Notes: a model not told the origin generated them from the sequence alone. A stretch of 61,891 nucleotides of DNA, filler included, from 3 parts of 3 records of this genome joined end to end with filler, not necessarily neighbours in it; one strand, 5' to 3'. Positions 48,654 through 59,583 are shown, counted from the whole stretch's first letter. Made by a program: numbers and translations.

Positions 48654-50741
48654 TCAATCCAGTTCAATCCACAAGAACCCGTATTTGTCCACGGAAACAG
48701 AGGCATCCTCCCCCACAATCACCGTGGATTCCCGCTCTTCAATGATGGCGGGTCCTCGAAATTTTGCGCCGCTGCTCAGTTTGTACCGGTCATATACCGT
48801 ATGGGGAACAAAGGATTTGGCAACCCCTGAAAACGCCTGCCGCTCCCCCTTGACCGCATGGGACAGGGTGTAGCGGCTCTTTTTCAGCTCGGGTAATTTC
48901 AAGAGGCGCTCGGGCAGGGAGGCCCGAACCTTGAAGTTGATGAATTCCACCGGGGAATCGGGATAAGTCCGTCCGTACAGCTTTTCATATACCTGATCAA
49001 ACCGTTTGCGGATCTCCCGGGGATCAACTTTTGAAAAATCCCCTTCGGGAACGGAAACGTTTGTTTCCGATCCCTGCCCCACAAACCGCACATCAACGGA
49101 CCGGTCAAAGCGGATCCCTTCACTTTCCCCGCCTGCTTCCAGGGTTCTGGCACCTTCCGTCTCCATACGGGAAAAAATCTCTTCAATTTCCGGAAAATCC
49201 GCTTCCAGAAGCGGGCTTTTATGACTCCGCACCAGATCAAAAGCCCTGGGGGCCGTAAAAAATCCCAGGGCGGAACCGACCCCCGCATTGGGGGGGACAA
49301 TCAACCGTTTGGCGCCCAGTTTTTTGGTTAACCCATAGGCATGTACCGGTCCGGCCCCGCCGAACGCGATCACCGTCACCAGTTTGGGATTGCCCCCTTT
49401 TTCGGCGATATGGGTCTTTGCGGCACCGGCCATGGTTTCGTTGATAAGGTCGTGAATGCCCCAGACCGCCTGCACGGAAGAGACGTTCAGCGGTTCGGCA
49501 ATACTCCTTTCAATCCCTTTCATGGCGGCATCCTTGTCCAGCTTCATCTCGCCGCCCAGGAAATAGTCCGCATCCAGGTATCCCAGGGCCAGATCCGCAT
49601 CGGTAACACAGGGCAAATCCCCTCCCCTGCCGTAGCAGATGGGTCCGGGCTCCGCGCTGGAACTCTCAGGCCCCACCTGAAGGGTCCCCAGCTTACTCAC
49701 TTGCGCAATACTCCCGCCGCCGGCGCCGATCTCCATGAGATCCACCACCGGTACCTGGATGGTCAGGCCGCTCCCTTTCATGAACCGCTGCACCCGTCCC
49801 ACCTCAAAGGTGGGCACCACGCTGGCGACCCCTCCCTGGATAAGGCACGACTTGGCGGTGGTCCCCCCCATATCAAAGCAGAAAATCTCGGGGATATCAA
49901 AAAGCTTTCCGTAATACTGACCGGAGATGACCGCTGCGGTGGGACCCGACTCAATGATGCGCACCGGAAATTCGGCCGCCGTCTTGATGGCGGTAATGCC
50001 GCCGCTGCTGAGCATGATGAAGAGTTTACCGGTGGAACCCAAACGCTCCAGCCTTTTGGCCAGTTTATAGAGATATTTTCCGGTAAGCGGCTTCACATAG
50101 GCGTTGGTGGCCGTGGTGCTGGTCCGCTCATACTCCCGGATCTGGGGGAGCACCTCGTAGGAGATACACACGGAAATATCCGGTGCCACCTCCAGAACGA
50201 TTTCCTTGATTTTTTGCTCGTGGGACGGGTTTTCAAAGGAGTTCATGAGGCAGACGGCGATGGATTCCACCCCCGCTTCAAGCATTTGACGCACCACCCG
50301 CCGCACTTCATCCGGGTCCAGGGGTTTCAATACCGTGCCGTCGCTCCGCAACCGTTCATCCACTTCAAACCGAAGGCTGCGGGGGATCAGGGGTTTGGGG
50401 AATTCCGCAAAGACATCGTAAGGGGCGTAGCGGATCTCGCGACCCAGCTCCAGCACGTCCTTGAACCCCTTGGTGGTGATCAACCCGGTCCTGGCACCCT
50501 TTCGCTCGATGATGGAATTGATCACCAGGGTGGTACCGTGAATCACCTCATCGAGGCTTTTCACAAAACCGGGGACCATCCCCTCCAGTTGCCGGATCCC
50601 GTACTCCACCGCGTCGGACGGATCACTGGGCGTGGTCAGGCATTTGTTGATGGTGAGTTCCCCGGTCCGGTCATTGAGCAGCACAAAATCGGTGAATGTG
50701 CCGCCGATATCACAGCCCAGCCGGTATATTCTATCAGACAT
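48654..50741 (-). CDS. Hydantoinase A/oxoprolinase family protein
   Basis: DIGGTFTD, HGTT, ESGP, DMGGTT, GAGGGSIA, FGGAGP. Confidence 0.92.
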   Translation of the reverse strand: MSDRIYRLGCDIGGTFTDFVLLNDRTGELTINKCLTTPSDPSDAVEYGIRQLEGMVPGFVKSLDEVIHGTTLVINSIIERKGARTGLITTKGFKDVLELGREIRYAPYDVFAEFPKPLIPRSLRFEVDERLRSDGTVLKPLDPDEVRRVVRQMLEAGVESIAVCLMNSFENPSHEQKIKEIVLEVAPDISVCISYEVLPQIREYERTSTTATNAYVKPLTGKYLYKLAKRLERLGSTGKLFIMLSSGGITAIKTAAEFPVRIIESGPTAAVISGQYYGKLFDIPEIFCFDMGGTTAKSCLIQGGVASVVPTFEVGRVQRFMKGSGLTIQVPVVDLMEIGAGGGSIAQVSKLGTLQVGPESSSAEPGPICYGRGGDLPCVTDADLALGYLDADYFLGGEMKLDKDAAMKGIERSIAEPLNVSSVQAVWGIHDLINETMAGAAKTHIAEKGGNPKLVTVIAFGGAGPVHAYGLTKKLGAKRLIVPPNAGVGSALGFFTAPRAFDLVRSHKSPLLEADFPEIEEIFSRMETEGARTLEAGGESEGIRFDRSVDVRFVGQGSETNVSVPEGDFSKVDPREIRKRFDQVYEKLYGRTYPDSPVEFINFKVRASLPERLLKLPELKKSRYTLSHAVKGERQAFSGVAKSFVPHTVYDRYKLSSGAKFRGPAIIEERESTVIVGEDASVSVDKYGFLWIELD

Positions 50742-50755
50742 GCATGCCTCCTAAA

Positions 50756-50784
50756 TAGCTGTTAGCTGTTAGCTGTTAGCTGTT
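50756..50784 (+). repeat. Heptamer tandem repeat (TAGCTGT)x4 at contig end
   Basis: Directly visible; probably caused the assembly break. Confidence 0.85.
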
Positions 50785-50884
50785 NNNNNNNNNNNNNNNN
50801 NNNNNNNNNNNNNNNNNNNNNNNNNNNNTTAATTAATTAANNNNNNNNNNNNNNNNNNNNNNNNNNNNNNNNNNNNNNNNNNNN
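50785..50884. other. Artificial contig spacer
   Basis: N44-TTAATTAATTAA-N44. Confidence 0.98.
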
Positions 50885-51124
50885 TGTGTTTATGACCTTT
50901 ATACAACCCTCGATATCCCCTTAATTGGAGTCGGTGGGGTTTACACATGGGAAGATGCCATCGAAATGATGATGGGAGGTGCCAGTGCAGTACAGATAGG
51001 TTCTGCAGTCTATGAAGGGCTGGAAGTCTTCAGTTCTGTTGCAACAGGGATCGAGAACTTCATTTCTGAAAAAGGATACAGTGATGTAACAGATATCATC
51101 GGAATTGCACACGAGAGGATATAA
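50885..51124 (+). CDS. pyrD: Dihydroorotate dehydrogenase catalytic subunit, C-terminal part (partial)
   Basis: CVYDLY...IPLIGVGGV...[15 protein letters not shown] overlap with pyrK. Confidence 0.88.
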   Translation, partial: CVYDLYTTLDIPLIGVGGVYTWEDAIEMMMGGASAVQIGSAVYEGLEVFSSVATGIENFISEKGYSDVTDIIGIAHERI

Positions 51125-51903
51125 TGTACCCCATCAATGTCACAATTACCAAAGTAATCAAGGAAACTCCATCAACAAAGACATTCGTATTCGACAGACA
51201 TTTTGATGAGGCCATTGCCGGCCAGTTCGTTATGGTCTGGATACGAGGAGTTGATGAGATCCCCATGGGACTTACAAGCAAGAACTCCATCACTGTGCAA
51301 AAGGTAGGAGATGCAACTGAAAAGACATTCGAGCTTGAAAAAGGGGACACTCTCGGGATAAGAGGACCTTTCGGAAAGGGATTCACACTTCCCGGCAAGG
51401 ATGAAAGAATACTCCTTATCGCAGGCGGGGTTGGAACCGTACCAATTGCACATCTTGCAGAATACGCATCTTCTGCAGGCATTTGCATGACCACCATACT
51501 CGGAGCCAGGAATGCAGATGAATTGCTCTTTGTTGACCATTTCACATCATGTGGTGAATTGCACCTGACAACAGATGATGGTTCTGCACACAGATGTGGT
51601 TTTGTAACTGATGTCCTTGCTGAAACCGACATCAAAGCCTATGACAGGATATATACCTGTGGCCCTGAAATGATGATGAAAGTCATTTTCGGAATGCTTG
51701 AAAAAGAGGATGCTCTTGAAAAGACAGAATTCAGCCTGCACCGGTATTTCAAATGTGGAATCGGTGTTTGTGGCGCCTGCTGCATGGATAAGGAAGGTCT
51801 GCGAGTCTGCAAGGACGGACCTGTGTTTAATGGTTTGCAACTTGTTGATTCTGAGTTTGGAAACTATATGAGAGGACCAAGCGGAAACAAGAAAGAATTC
51901 TGA
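51124..51903 (+). CDS. pyrK: Dihydroorotate dehydrogenase electron transfer subunit
   Basis: [25 protein letters not shown]...CKDGPVF. Confidence 0.93.
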   Translation: MYPINVTITKVIKETPSTKTFVFDRHFDEAIAGQFVMVWIRGVDEIPMGLTSKNSITVQKVGDATEKTFELEKGDTLGIRGPFGKGFTLPGKDERILLIAGGVGTVPIAHLAEYASSAGICMTTILGARNADELLFVDHFTSCGELHLTTDDGSAHRCGFVTDVLAETDIKAYDRIYTCGPEMMMKVIFGMLEKEDALEKTEFSLHRYFKCGIGVCGACCMDKEGLRVCKDGPVFNGLQLVDSEFGNYMRGPSGNKKEF

Positions 51904-51972
51904 ACCTCTCATTACTGTTTTAAAAATAAAATTAAGAGATATATTAATTTTACAAAAAAGAAGTAATGGAAA

Positions 51973-52209
51973 TTATGCAGGACATTCCTGCACCATTATT
52001 TTTGAAGCCATTCCCATGCCAAGAGCATAGTCAGATCCGTTGACGGATACAATCAGAGAACCATTAACACCTTTTTTCACTTTAAGAAGCCTGTTCTCTA
52101 TAAAACCCATTGATCTGAGGCGGTTGAGCAGGCAATTTCCTGCGTTGATAGAAATAATCTTGATGTCCTTCCCTTCGGGCATCATTACGAGTGGTACTAT
52201 CGGAGCCAT
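51973..52209 (-). CDS. feoA: Ferrous iron transport protein A
   Basis: RLRSMGF, YALGMGMASKIMV. Confidence 0.85.
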   Translation of the reverse strand: MAPIVPLVMMPEGKDIKIISINAGNCLLNRLRSMGFIENRLLKVKKGVNGSLIVSVNGSDYALGMGMASKIMVQECPA

Positions 52210-52289
52210 TTTTTAACCTCTATCTTTTTTTGTCGAATCTGATATTTGAAGTAAATTTAAGTAAATATCATGATTTAACATTCCCTTGC

Positions 52290-52311
52290 AATATTAGGAA
52301 AGCCTAATATT
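52290..52311. promoter_or_regulatory. DtxR/IdeR-type metal-repressor operator
   Basis: AATATTAGG-aaag-CCTAATATT perfect palindrome upstream of feoA. Confidence 0.7.
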
Positions 52312-52441
52312 ACTTGATACTGCAATATAGTGTTTAATCGTATATATATGTTCCCGGGTGCGAACAAAAGTTGTTCTTTGAACAATTAAACTTGCCTTTC
52401 CAACACAAGTGATTTAAATATTAATTTGAATCCATACAACA

Positions 52442-53665
52442 ATGTCTCTTAACAAAAACGAAGACAAACTACCGGAACTTACAATGGGTGTAAGAAACCT
52501 GGCTGCTCTGAATGCATGCAGTAAGAATGCAGATGCAGTTTACTTCTCACTTGATAAACTCAGTCTCAGGTCCAGAGCACAGGAGATCACCACTGAAAAC
52601 CTTGCCGGTTTTGTTGACGAGATACATAACAAGGAAATGAAAGCTTACCTGGCAGTTAATTCCGTGATATACCCGGACAATCTCAGTGAGCTGGAGGAAG
52701 TACTTGAATGCGCTGCATCTGCAGATGTAGATGCAGTAATCGCATGGGACCCCGCCACGATAATGAAAGCCGCTGACATGGACCTCAGAATACATATTTC
52801 AACACAAGCCAACGTATCAAATCAGGTAACTGCAGAATTCTACAGGTCACTTGGAGCAAGCAGGGTAGTGCTTGCAAGGGAACTAAGTCTTGAGCAAATC
52901 GAAGTAATTAGCCATGATACTGATATTGAACTTGAAGTTTTTGTCCATGGTGCTGTATGCCAGGCAATCTCCGGCAGATGTTATCTTTCAGCTTACCTGC
53001 TGGGTAAATCAGGAAACTGCGGAGAATGCAGCCAGCCCTGTCGCTGGGAATGGTCCCTGCATTCAGACAACGGGGCACTGGTGGATATTGAAGGCAAATA
53101 CCTTATGAGTGCAAAAGATCTCTGCATGATAGAATACATACCTGAACTTGTTGAGGCAGGCGTGGATGCATTCAAGGTAGAAGGCAGGCTCCGAAACCCA
53201 GGATATACTTCAACTGTTTCAAAATGTTACCGGCAGGCACTTGAACTTTTCAGGGATGGCACATATGAGAAAAGCAAAGTGCTATCACTAAAAGAAGAAA
53301 TGGCACTTGAATACAACAGGGGCTTTTCAACAGGCTTCTATTTCGGTTATCCCGGACCTGATAGCCTTGCATATGATTTTGATATGAATGCATCACCTGT
53401 TAAACGTGAAGCTGTTGGTGTAGTTACAAATTACTATCCAAAAAGATCAGCTGCAGCAATCAAACTCCTTGAGCAGGGACTGGAGCTTGGAGACAACATA
53501 ATAATTGAAGGCAATACTACTTACCTGGAGCAGGAAGTCACTTCTATTTTCCATGAAGGTGAGATTATCAGTAAAGCAGAAAGTGGAACTGAAATAGGAC
53601 TTGCTGTGGAAGATATTGTCCGCAAAAATGACAGAGTTTTCAAGGTCAGAAGAGAGAGCATTTAG
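52442..53665 (+). CDS. Peptidase U32 family protein (Fe-S hydroxylation type)
   Basis: ADAVY, HISTQAN, RVVLAREL, FVHGAVC...SGRC...CSQPCR, FKVEGR. Confidence 0.9.
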   Translation: MSLNKNEDKLPELTMGVRNLAALNACSKNADAVYFSLDKLSLRSRAQEITTENLAGFVDEIHNKEMKAYLAVNSVIYPDNLSELEEVLECAASADVDAVIAWDPATIMKAADMDLRIHISTQANVSNQVTAEFYRSLGASRVVLARELSLEQIEVISHDTDIELEVFVHGAVCQAISGRCYLSAYLLGKSGNCGECSQPCRWEWSLHSDNGALVDIEGKYLMSAKDLCMIEYIPELVEAGVDAFKVEGRLRNPGYTSTVSKCYRQALELFRDGTYEKSKVLSLKEEMALEYNRGFSTGFYFGYPGPDSLAYDFDMNASPVKREAVGVVTNYYPKRSAAAIKLLEQGLELGDNIIIEGNTTYLEQEVTSIFHEGEIISKAESGTEIGLAVEDIVRKNDRVFKVRRESI

Positions 53666-53855
53666 TCTTTTACCACTTGTTTTAGGCATTTACTCTATCT
53701 TTTTTCCGAAAATATATTAACTATATAGATTTCGTAATAAAATATATATCTAGTAGATAAAGTTCTTATGAAAATAGAAGTTAGAAGTGTCAGGATGCGA
53801 GGAACATCCTAAAGCCAAAATTATCAAGAACGATATCATAGGATGTGATGAAATC

Positions 53856-54173
53856 ATGAATGATGGCAATTCTACTAAAATGGAACTTATCAACAAGGCT
53901 AAAAATTCTGTCATAAACTTTAATGATGCCGAAGCAACCAACGTTGCATTGGAAACCATAAGCTCAGGAATAGACCCTGTGGATATTATCGAAGAAGGAT
54001 TCATAGAGGGAATAAAGATCATAGGTGACGGGTTCGAAGAGGGAACAATGTCACTTATGGATATTCTAATTGCTTCCAAAACCATGAACAAGGGAATCTC
54101 AATGCTTAAACCTGCAGCAATTTGCACACATGAAGACAGCTGCTTTTTTGGAAATCTTATGCTGACACTATAA
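53856..54173 (+). CDS. Stand-alone corrinoid-protein cap domain (B12-binding_2)
   Basis: GIDPVDIIEEGFIEGIKIIGDGFEEG...LIASKTM; no DxHxxG domain. Confidence 0.7.
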   Translation: MNDGNSTKMELINKAKNSVINFNDAEATNVALETISSGIDPVDIIEEGFIEGIKIIGDGFEEGTMSLMDILIASKTMNKGISMLKPAAICTHEDSCFFGNLMLTL

Positions 54174-54293
54174 ACTAATACAATGCAAAACATACGGCTA
54201 CTCGTCTTGTTTTAATTTTACATTCTTTTTAGCAACAACGAATATATTTGAATAAAATATATAGGAATATGTTTCTTAATAGCGGAGGATTCC

Positions 54294-54725
54294 ATGGATA
54301 ATTTTATGCAGGCAGCCATAGAAGAGGCTAAAAAAGGACTTGAAGAGGGAGGAATACCCATTGGTTCTGTTCTTGTGAGAAAGGGAGAAATTATAGGAAG
54401 GGGACACAACAGAAGGGTGCAACATGATGACCCTCTGGCCCATGCTGAGATTAATTGCATACGCAGCGCAGGAAGAATTGTAAAATACAATGATACAGTT
54501 ATTTACTCCACACTTATGCCATGCTATCTTTGTGCAGGAGCAATAGTCCAGTTTGGAATAAAAAAAGTAATTGCAGGGGAATCTGAAACTTTTGAAGGAG
54601 CATCAGATTTTATGCAAGAGCATGGAGTCGAAATAATTGATCTTAATATTGATGAGTGCAAGAATCTTATGAAAAAATTCATTCAGGAAAAACCTGAACT
54701 ATGGAATGAAGACATTGGAGAATAA
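54294..54725 (+). CDS. Cytosine/nucleoside deaminase
   Basis: PIGSVLV, HAE, PCYLC. Confidence 0.9.
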   Translation: MDNFMQAAIEEAKKGLEEGGIPIGSVLVRKGEIIGRGHNRRVQHDDPLAHAEINCIRSAGRIVKYNDTVIYSTLMPCYLCAGAIVQFGIKKVIAGESETFEGASDFMQEHGVEIIDLNIDECKNLMKKFIQEKPELWNEDIGE

Positions 54726-54751
54726 CTATAGCCCGATGAATCAAATGACTC

Positions 54752-56578
54752 CTATGCTTTTTTCACAGTAGCCCAGAACACACTACCTTTTCCAGAAGGA
54801 TTATCATCAACGCCTATTTTGCCACCATGTAGCTCAATCGTCCTTTTGGCTATTGCAAGACCAAGACCGGAACCCTTTACAGTTTTTTTCTTTGTTGGAA
54901 GACGGTTAAAACGATTGAAGATCAACTGTTTATCCCTGTCAGGTATACCGTCACCTGAATCGAAGACGAGTACTTTCCACTCATCACCAGCATCCTGTAT
55001 ATCAATTATGACTTTACTGTCAGAGGGACCATACTTTATGGCATTGGACACAAAATTAGAAAAAACTGTTTCAATAAGAGAGTTTGCAATCGCCGGATAT
55101 GCGTCTTTGGTTTTAATGTCAAGTTCTATACCTTTTTCCCTGAACTGTGTATCAAATTCCTCAACAACGTTGCGGAGAATAGCAGCAAGATCCATTGATT
55201 TAAAGTCCAGTTTTTCAATATCCTCAAGCCTTGCAAGCTGAGCTGCCGATTCGATCATTTCTATCAGGCGTGAAGCATTATTATGTATCAGCTTAAGCTT
55301 GTACTTTTTTTCTTCATCTGATTCCTCACTTAAAAGCATATCAGAAAAACCTTTAATTACACCTGCAGGATTTAGAAGATCATGCCTCAATATATCTGTA
55401 AAGAGATCCTTTAGCTCATTCGAACTTTTGAGTTGGGAAGCATACAGGTCCATTCTGGCCTCCACATCCTTGCGCTCAGATATATCCCTGACAACTGATA
55501 TAATTCCACCATCAAGAGCTGTCATTGAAGCTTCCTGGAAGAAAATAGTCCCATCCTTTTTCATTCCATGTAACTCACCCTTCCATTCGCCCTTCAAACG
55601 GAATTTTGGTAATATTTCATTGTGGATAACGGCTCTTTCTGAATCATTATAAAGTGAATCCCACTTTTTACCAATAAGCTCGCCAGGACTATCGTAGCCA
55701 AAGATACTGGCATGGGCATTGTTGACATATGTATAGAGACCACCCTCGTCTATAATGGCCATACCATCAATAGAGGCTTCCATGGCACGGGTTTGTACCT
55801 TTAATTTCTCCTCGGCATTCTTTCTTTTTGTAATGTCCTGGCCTGAGCAAAGAATTCCAACGATACTTCCGTCCCTGCCTGTCAGCGACTTTGAGTACCA
55901 GGATACAACTCGTTTTTCACCGTTTTTCGTTAAAACAGAGAACTCGTGGTAATTGGTACTATGCTTCTCACTTGCATCATTAAAAATACGTTCTGCCTCC
56001 CTCCGGGATTCTTCAGATATGAAATGGTGCAACAAGTTCTTTCCCAGTACCTCATGCTCTTCATAACCAAGAATCTCAAGGCCTCTTTTGTTTATCAGAG
56101 AGATATTATGATCAAGATCCAGAGCTAGCATCACCACTGATGCTACATCAAGATAATTCTGAGCCTGGTCCCTTTCCCTTACAAGATTATCCTGAAGTTG
56201 CTTTATGCGAAGTAAAGACGTTACTCTCATTTTGAGTTCAAGCCTGTCAACAGGCTTTGTCAGGAAATCATCGGCTTTCGCATCTATACCCCTTAGTCGA
56301 TCCTCTCTTCCAGACAATGCAGTTACCAGAACAACAGGTATGAATTTGGTTCTTTCTGAGTTTTTTATCTGCTCACATACCTGATAACCATTTAGTCCAG
56401 GCATCATTACATCAAGAAGTATGATATCAGGAAGATCCCTGGAAACTATATCCAGTGCTTCGCTTCCAGCAGTTGCTGAAAGGATTGTATAATCCGATTG
56501 CAGGTAGGCTTTGAGCAATTCTATATTCATTGGCTCATCATCTACAATCAGGATCCGGGGTTTATCAGATTGCACCAT
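54752..56578 (-). CDS. Hybrid REC-PAS-PAS histidine kinase
   Basis: ILIVDD...LLDVMMP...KP receiver, RHDLLNP H-box, NAIKY, GSGLGL. Confidence 0.9.
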   Translation of the reverse strand: MVQSDKPRILIVDDEPMNIELLKAYLQSDYTILSATAGSEALDIVSRDLPDIILLDVMMPGLNGYQVCEQIKNSERTKFIPVVLVTALSGREDRLRGIDAKADDFLTKPVDRLELKMRVTSLLRIKQLQDNLVRERDQAQNYLDVASVVMLALDLDHNISLINKRGLEILGYEEHEVLGKNLLHHFISEESRREAERIFNDASEKHSTNYHEFSVLTKNGEKRVVSWYSKSLTGRDGSIVGILCSGQDITKRKNAEEKLKVQTRAMEASIDGMAIIDEGGLYTYVNNAHASIFGYDSPGELIGKKWDSLYNDSERAVIHNEILPKFRLKGEWKGELHGMKKDGTIFFQEASMTALDGGIISVVRDISERKDVEARMDLYASQLKSSNELKDLFTDILRHDLLNPAGVIKGFSDMLLSEESDEEKKYKLKLIHNNASRLIEMIESAAQLARLEDIEKLDFKSMDLAAILRNVVEEFDTQFREKGIELDIKTKDAYPAIANSLIETVFSNFVSNAIKYGPSDSKVIIDIQDAGDEWKVLVFDSGDGIPDRDKQLIFNRFNRLPTKKKTVKGSGLGLAIAKRTIELHGGKIGVDDNPSGKGSVFWATVKKA

Positions 56579-56965
56579 GATTATTTTAGCTGAACTTTAT
56601 TGGTGGCAGGTTATTTTACTCCTTTAACCCAACATACACCACCATTTGTGGCTGTCATTAAGAATCTTATAATAGTACATAAGGATTACTAAATTTTATA
56701 TATATCATATTTTAATTAAGCATCGAGAGATAATATATTTATAAAAATAATGAAGTTGCAATTTGATCATAAATATACCGCGAACTCGCTTCAGTAAGCA
56801 GAATCAAGAGAAAAAGGACAAGGTTTACGCTTAAAATATAGCAGCATAAACATAATTAAATCGGCAACTATAGCATAAAATCATTGTATCAAAGAAGATA
56901 TATCCTTTCAAAGAGTATGAACACCCAGGATATATAATACCATTTTTCTGAAATGAGAATTTATT

Positions 56966-57739
56966 ATGGCAAGCCAAAAAATGATAGTAAAAGACGTCAT
57001 GAAAAAGGCTGACGTTCTTCTGGAAGTAGTTGATGCCCGTTTTCCGAATGAAACACGGCACAGTGAGATTGAGCGTGAGCTTAAACGTCTTAGAAAACCG
57101 TTCATTATAGTACTCAACAAATGTGATCTTGTACCAAAGGATAAACTTGAGAAAGACCGGTCCAGAATGGCAAAGATAGCTCCTTCTGTATTTGTTTCTT
57201 CAAAGGAAAGATTTGGTACAACGATGCTGAGACATAAAATACTGGAAGTTGCAGACATACAGGGCAAGAATATAATCGTTGGATGCATAGGCTATCCAAA
57301 CACCGGTAAATCCTCTGTAATCAATGGTGTTGTAGGAAGAGGAAAAGCCTCAACATCTGCCATATCAGGACATACCAAAGGAATACAGAAAATCAATGCA
57401 GGTTCCCGCATTGTTTTCCTGGATACGCCGGGAGTGTTTCCCTTTGATGAGCATGATGAATACATACAGGGCCTTCTTGGAATTAAGGATTCAACACACC
57501 TTAAGGATCCTATAGGAGTGGCATTGAAGATCATTGAAAAAATGGTCTCTGAAAACAAAGAAGTCCTTGAATCCTTCTATAAAGTAAGCATAGGAGATGA
57601 GAATTCCTATGACATACTGGAAATGATAGGAAAACAATGTAATTTCCTGAAAAAAAAGGGAGAGATTGATGAGAACAGGGCTGCTGTCAAAATCATCAGT
57701 GACTGGCAGAAAGGAACACTTCTGACAGAACAATTGTAA
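56966..57739 (+). CDS. Circularly permuted GTPase, RbgA/YlqF family
   Basis: DARFP, NKCD, GYPNTGKSS, DTPG order. Confidence 0.9.
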   Translation: MASQKMIVKDVMKKADVLLEVVDARFPNETRHSEIERELKRLRKPFIIVLNKCDLVPKDKLEKDRSRMAKIAPSVFVSSKERFGTTMLRHKILEVADIQGKNIIVGCIGYPNTGKSSVINGVVGRGKASTSAISGHTKGIQKINAGSRIVFLDTPGVFPFDEHDEYIQGLLGIKDSTHLKDPIGVALKIIEKMVSENKEVLESFYKVSIGDENSYDILEMIGKQCNFLKKKGEIDENRAAVKIISDWQKGTLLTEQL

Positions 57740-57809
57740 TTCCTTAATTTTTGATAAAAAATATATGAACTTAACAACATTACACTAATGTCTAAAAGAG
57801 GTATGTAAA

Positions 57810-58685
57810 ATGGTAGAGTGGAAAAGAGATCTCGGCCTTGAAGGGAGAATGATATTTACCATGTTTCTACTGGCTGTGGTTTATCTTGGTTTCCTCGTAT
57901 TCCTTTCCCAGTATGCATCTGCGAGCTTTGTACTGCTTTTTGTCATGCTGTTCATGGGAGCACAGTATTACTATTCTGATAAACTGGTACTATGGACAAC
58001 TGGTGCAAGAGTCGTCAGCGAAGCTGAAGAGCCTAAACTTCATGAAACAATTACAAGGCTCTGTGTAATTGCAGGTCTTCCAAAACCAACTGTTGCAGTT
58101 GTGGATAGCTCAGTACCCAATGCTTTTGCAACCGGAAGAGGTCCGAAAAAAGCTGTTGTTGCCGTAACAAGCGGACTTATGCACAAACTGGACCAGGGAG
58201 AACTTGAGGCGGTGCTTGCACACGAACTAAGCCATGTGAAAAACAGGGATATGGCAGTATTGACCATAGCCAGTTTCATCTCAACCCTGGCATTCTACAT
58301 TGTAAGATACAGTTTCTATTTCGGTGGATTTGGAGGTGGACGCAGGAATAATGGTGGAATGGTTGCCATATGGATAGTTTCTATAATTGTATGGATAATC
58401 AGTTTCCTGCTAATACGTGCTCTTTCAAGATACAGGGAGTTTGCAGCAGACAGAGGAGCAGCACTTATCACAGGACGTCCTGCACAGCTAATATCAGCAC
58501 TGAGAAAGATCAGCGGAACAATGGCTAACGTGCCAACTGAAGACCTGCGCAAAGTTGAAGGCATGAATGCGTTTTTCATCATACCTGCCATATCAGGATC
58601 AATGATGAACCTGTTGTCAACCCACCCTTCAATGGAAAAGAGGATTGCTGCACTTGAAAAGATACAGAGGGAGATCGAATACTAA
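57810..58685 (+). CDS. htpX: Zinc metalloprotease HtpX
   Basis: PNAFATG, HELSH, SRYREFAAD, STHP. Confidence 0.93.
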   Translation: MVEWKRDLGLEGRMIFTMFLLAVVYLGFLVFLSQYASASFVLLFVMLFMGAQYYYSDKLVLWTTGARVVSEAEEPKLHETITRLCVIAGLPKPTVAVVDSSVPNAFATGRGPKKAVVAVTSGLMHKLDQGELEAVLAHELSHVKNRDMAVLTIASFISTLAFYIVRYSFYFGGFGGGRRNNGGMVAIWIVSIIVWIISFLLIRALSRYREFAADRGAALITGRPAQLISALRKISGTMANVPTEDLRKVEGMNAFFIIPAISGSMMNLLSTHPSMEKRIAALEKIQREIEY

Positions 58686-59257
58686 TGGGCTTTCGTGATC
58701 TGCTAAGTTCTGTGCTTGGAAGCAGTAAAGTACCCGAAGCAAAGACTGACAGGCTTTTTGCCATTTCCACAGCAGTTGTCACCCTGGAACTTAATCTGAA
58801 CCTGAAGCCTTCTGCTGTTGCAGGAATATGCTTTAAGGCCATGGATATGTCAAAGTACCAGAACACCAGGGATGATATTGAACAATTACTTGAGTTCAGC
58901 ACCAAAGAAACCGGTACGGAATTTAAGATCGAGAAAGATGAGTACAATTTCATGTGGACCATACTGAAAGACAAGGACTTCGAAGACCTTGTAACAACTA
59001 TTCACATGATATCCCAGACTCTCATCGAGCAGGGATTCGGGGAACAGATATTGTGTGCTGTGTACAGGTTTGAAAGTGAAGGACCTGTATACTGGATCTA
59101 TAACTTCAAACAATCAAATTATTATCCTTTTGCACCCACAGGGAAGAATGACAGGGACAGTAATCTGGAATTCAGGCTCAAATCCCTCATGGAAAAAGAG
59201 CTGCCTATAGAAAAAGAAGTGGGGAAATGGTATCCCCTGTGGAGTATGCCTTTTTAG
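58685..59257 (+). CDS. PspA-associated protein PspAB
   Basis: DRLFAISTA, VYWIYNFK, YYPFAP, WYPLW; coupled to htpX. Confidence 0.75.
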   Translation: MGFRDLLSSVLGSSKVPEAKTDRLFAISTAVVTLELNLNLKPSAVAGICFKAMDMSKYQNTRDDIEQLLEFSTKETGTEFKIEKDEYNFMWTILKDKDFEDLVTTIHMISQTLIEQGFGEQILCAVYRFESEGPVYWIYNFKQSNYYPFAPTGKNDRDSNLEFRLKSLMEKELPIEKEVGKWYPLWSMPF

Positions 59258-59304
59258 GCATAATCCATTTTTATGTTTTAAGTATTAGATGTTGGTCTTA
59301 AAGT

Positions 59305-59583
59305 TCAGTCCTCAATGACCCCTACACCTGTAAAGATGCCTTTGGCTTCTTCGAATGTCAGGTCCCCAGGTGGAACTATGATGTCAGATTCTACAATATC
59401 TGCATCATCCAGCTGTTTTCCACTGGATTTTATCTTTTCAATCAGATTTGACAATTCTGTTTTGTAGTCTTCTTCCTTGTCCTGGGATACAAGCTCGACA
59501 ATCTTGTTGTCAATTACATTCAACTCGTCATAGAGAGCATCCGGAACCTCGTACTGACCCTCTTCCGATATTCTGATAATCAT
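59305..59583 (-). CDS. PspA-associated protein PspAA
   Basis: MIIRISEEGQYEV...SDIIVPP; directly downstream of pspA. Confidence 0.78.
   Translation of the reverse strand: MIIRISEEGQYEVPDALYDELNVIDNKIVELVSQDKEEDYKTELSNLIEKIKSSGKQLDDADIVESDIIVPPGDLTFEEAKGIFTGVGVIED

Noticed and set aside
50756-50784. CRISPR-like repeats (also the AGGGGGC repeats at about 48580-48650)
   Set aside because: Simple heptamer tandem or REP-like hairpin without spacers; no cas genes
53663-53665. TAG stops in the archaeal contig (U32; PspAB at 59255-59257) as pyrrolysine codons
   Set aside because: Both proteins look complete at the TAG, and the read-through sequence is T-rich and terminator-like
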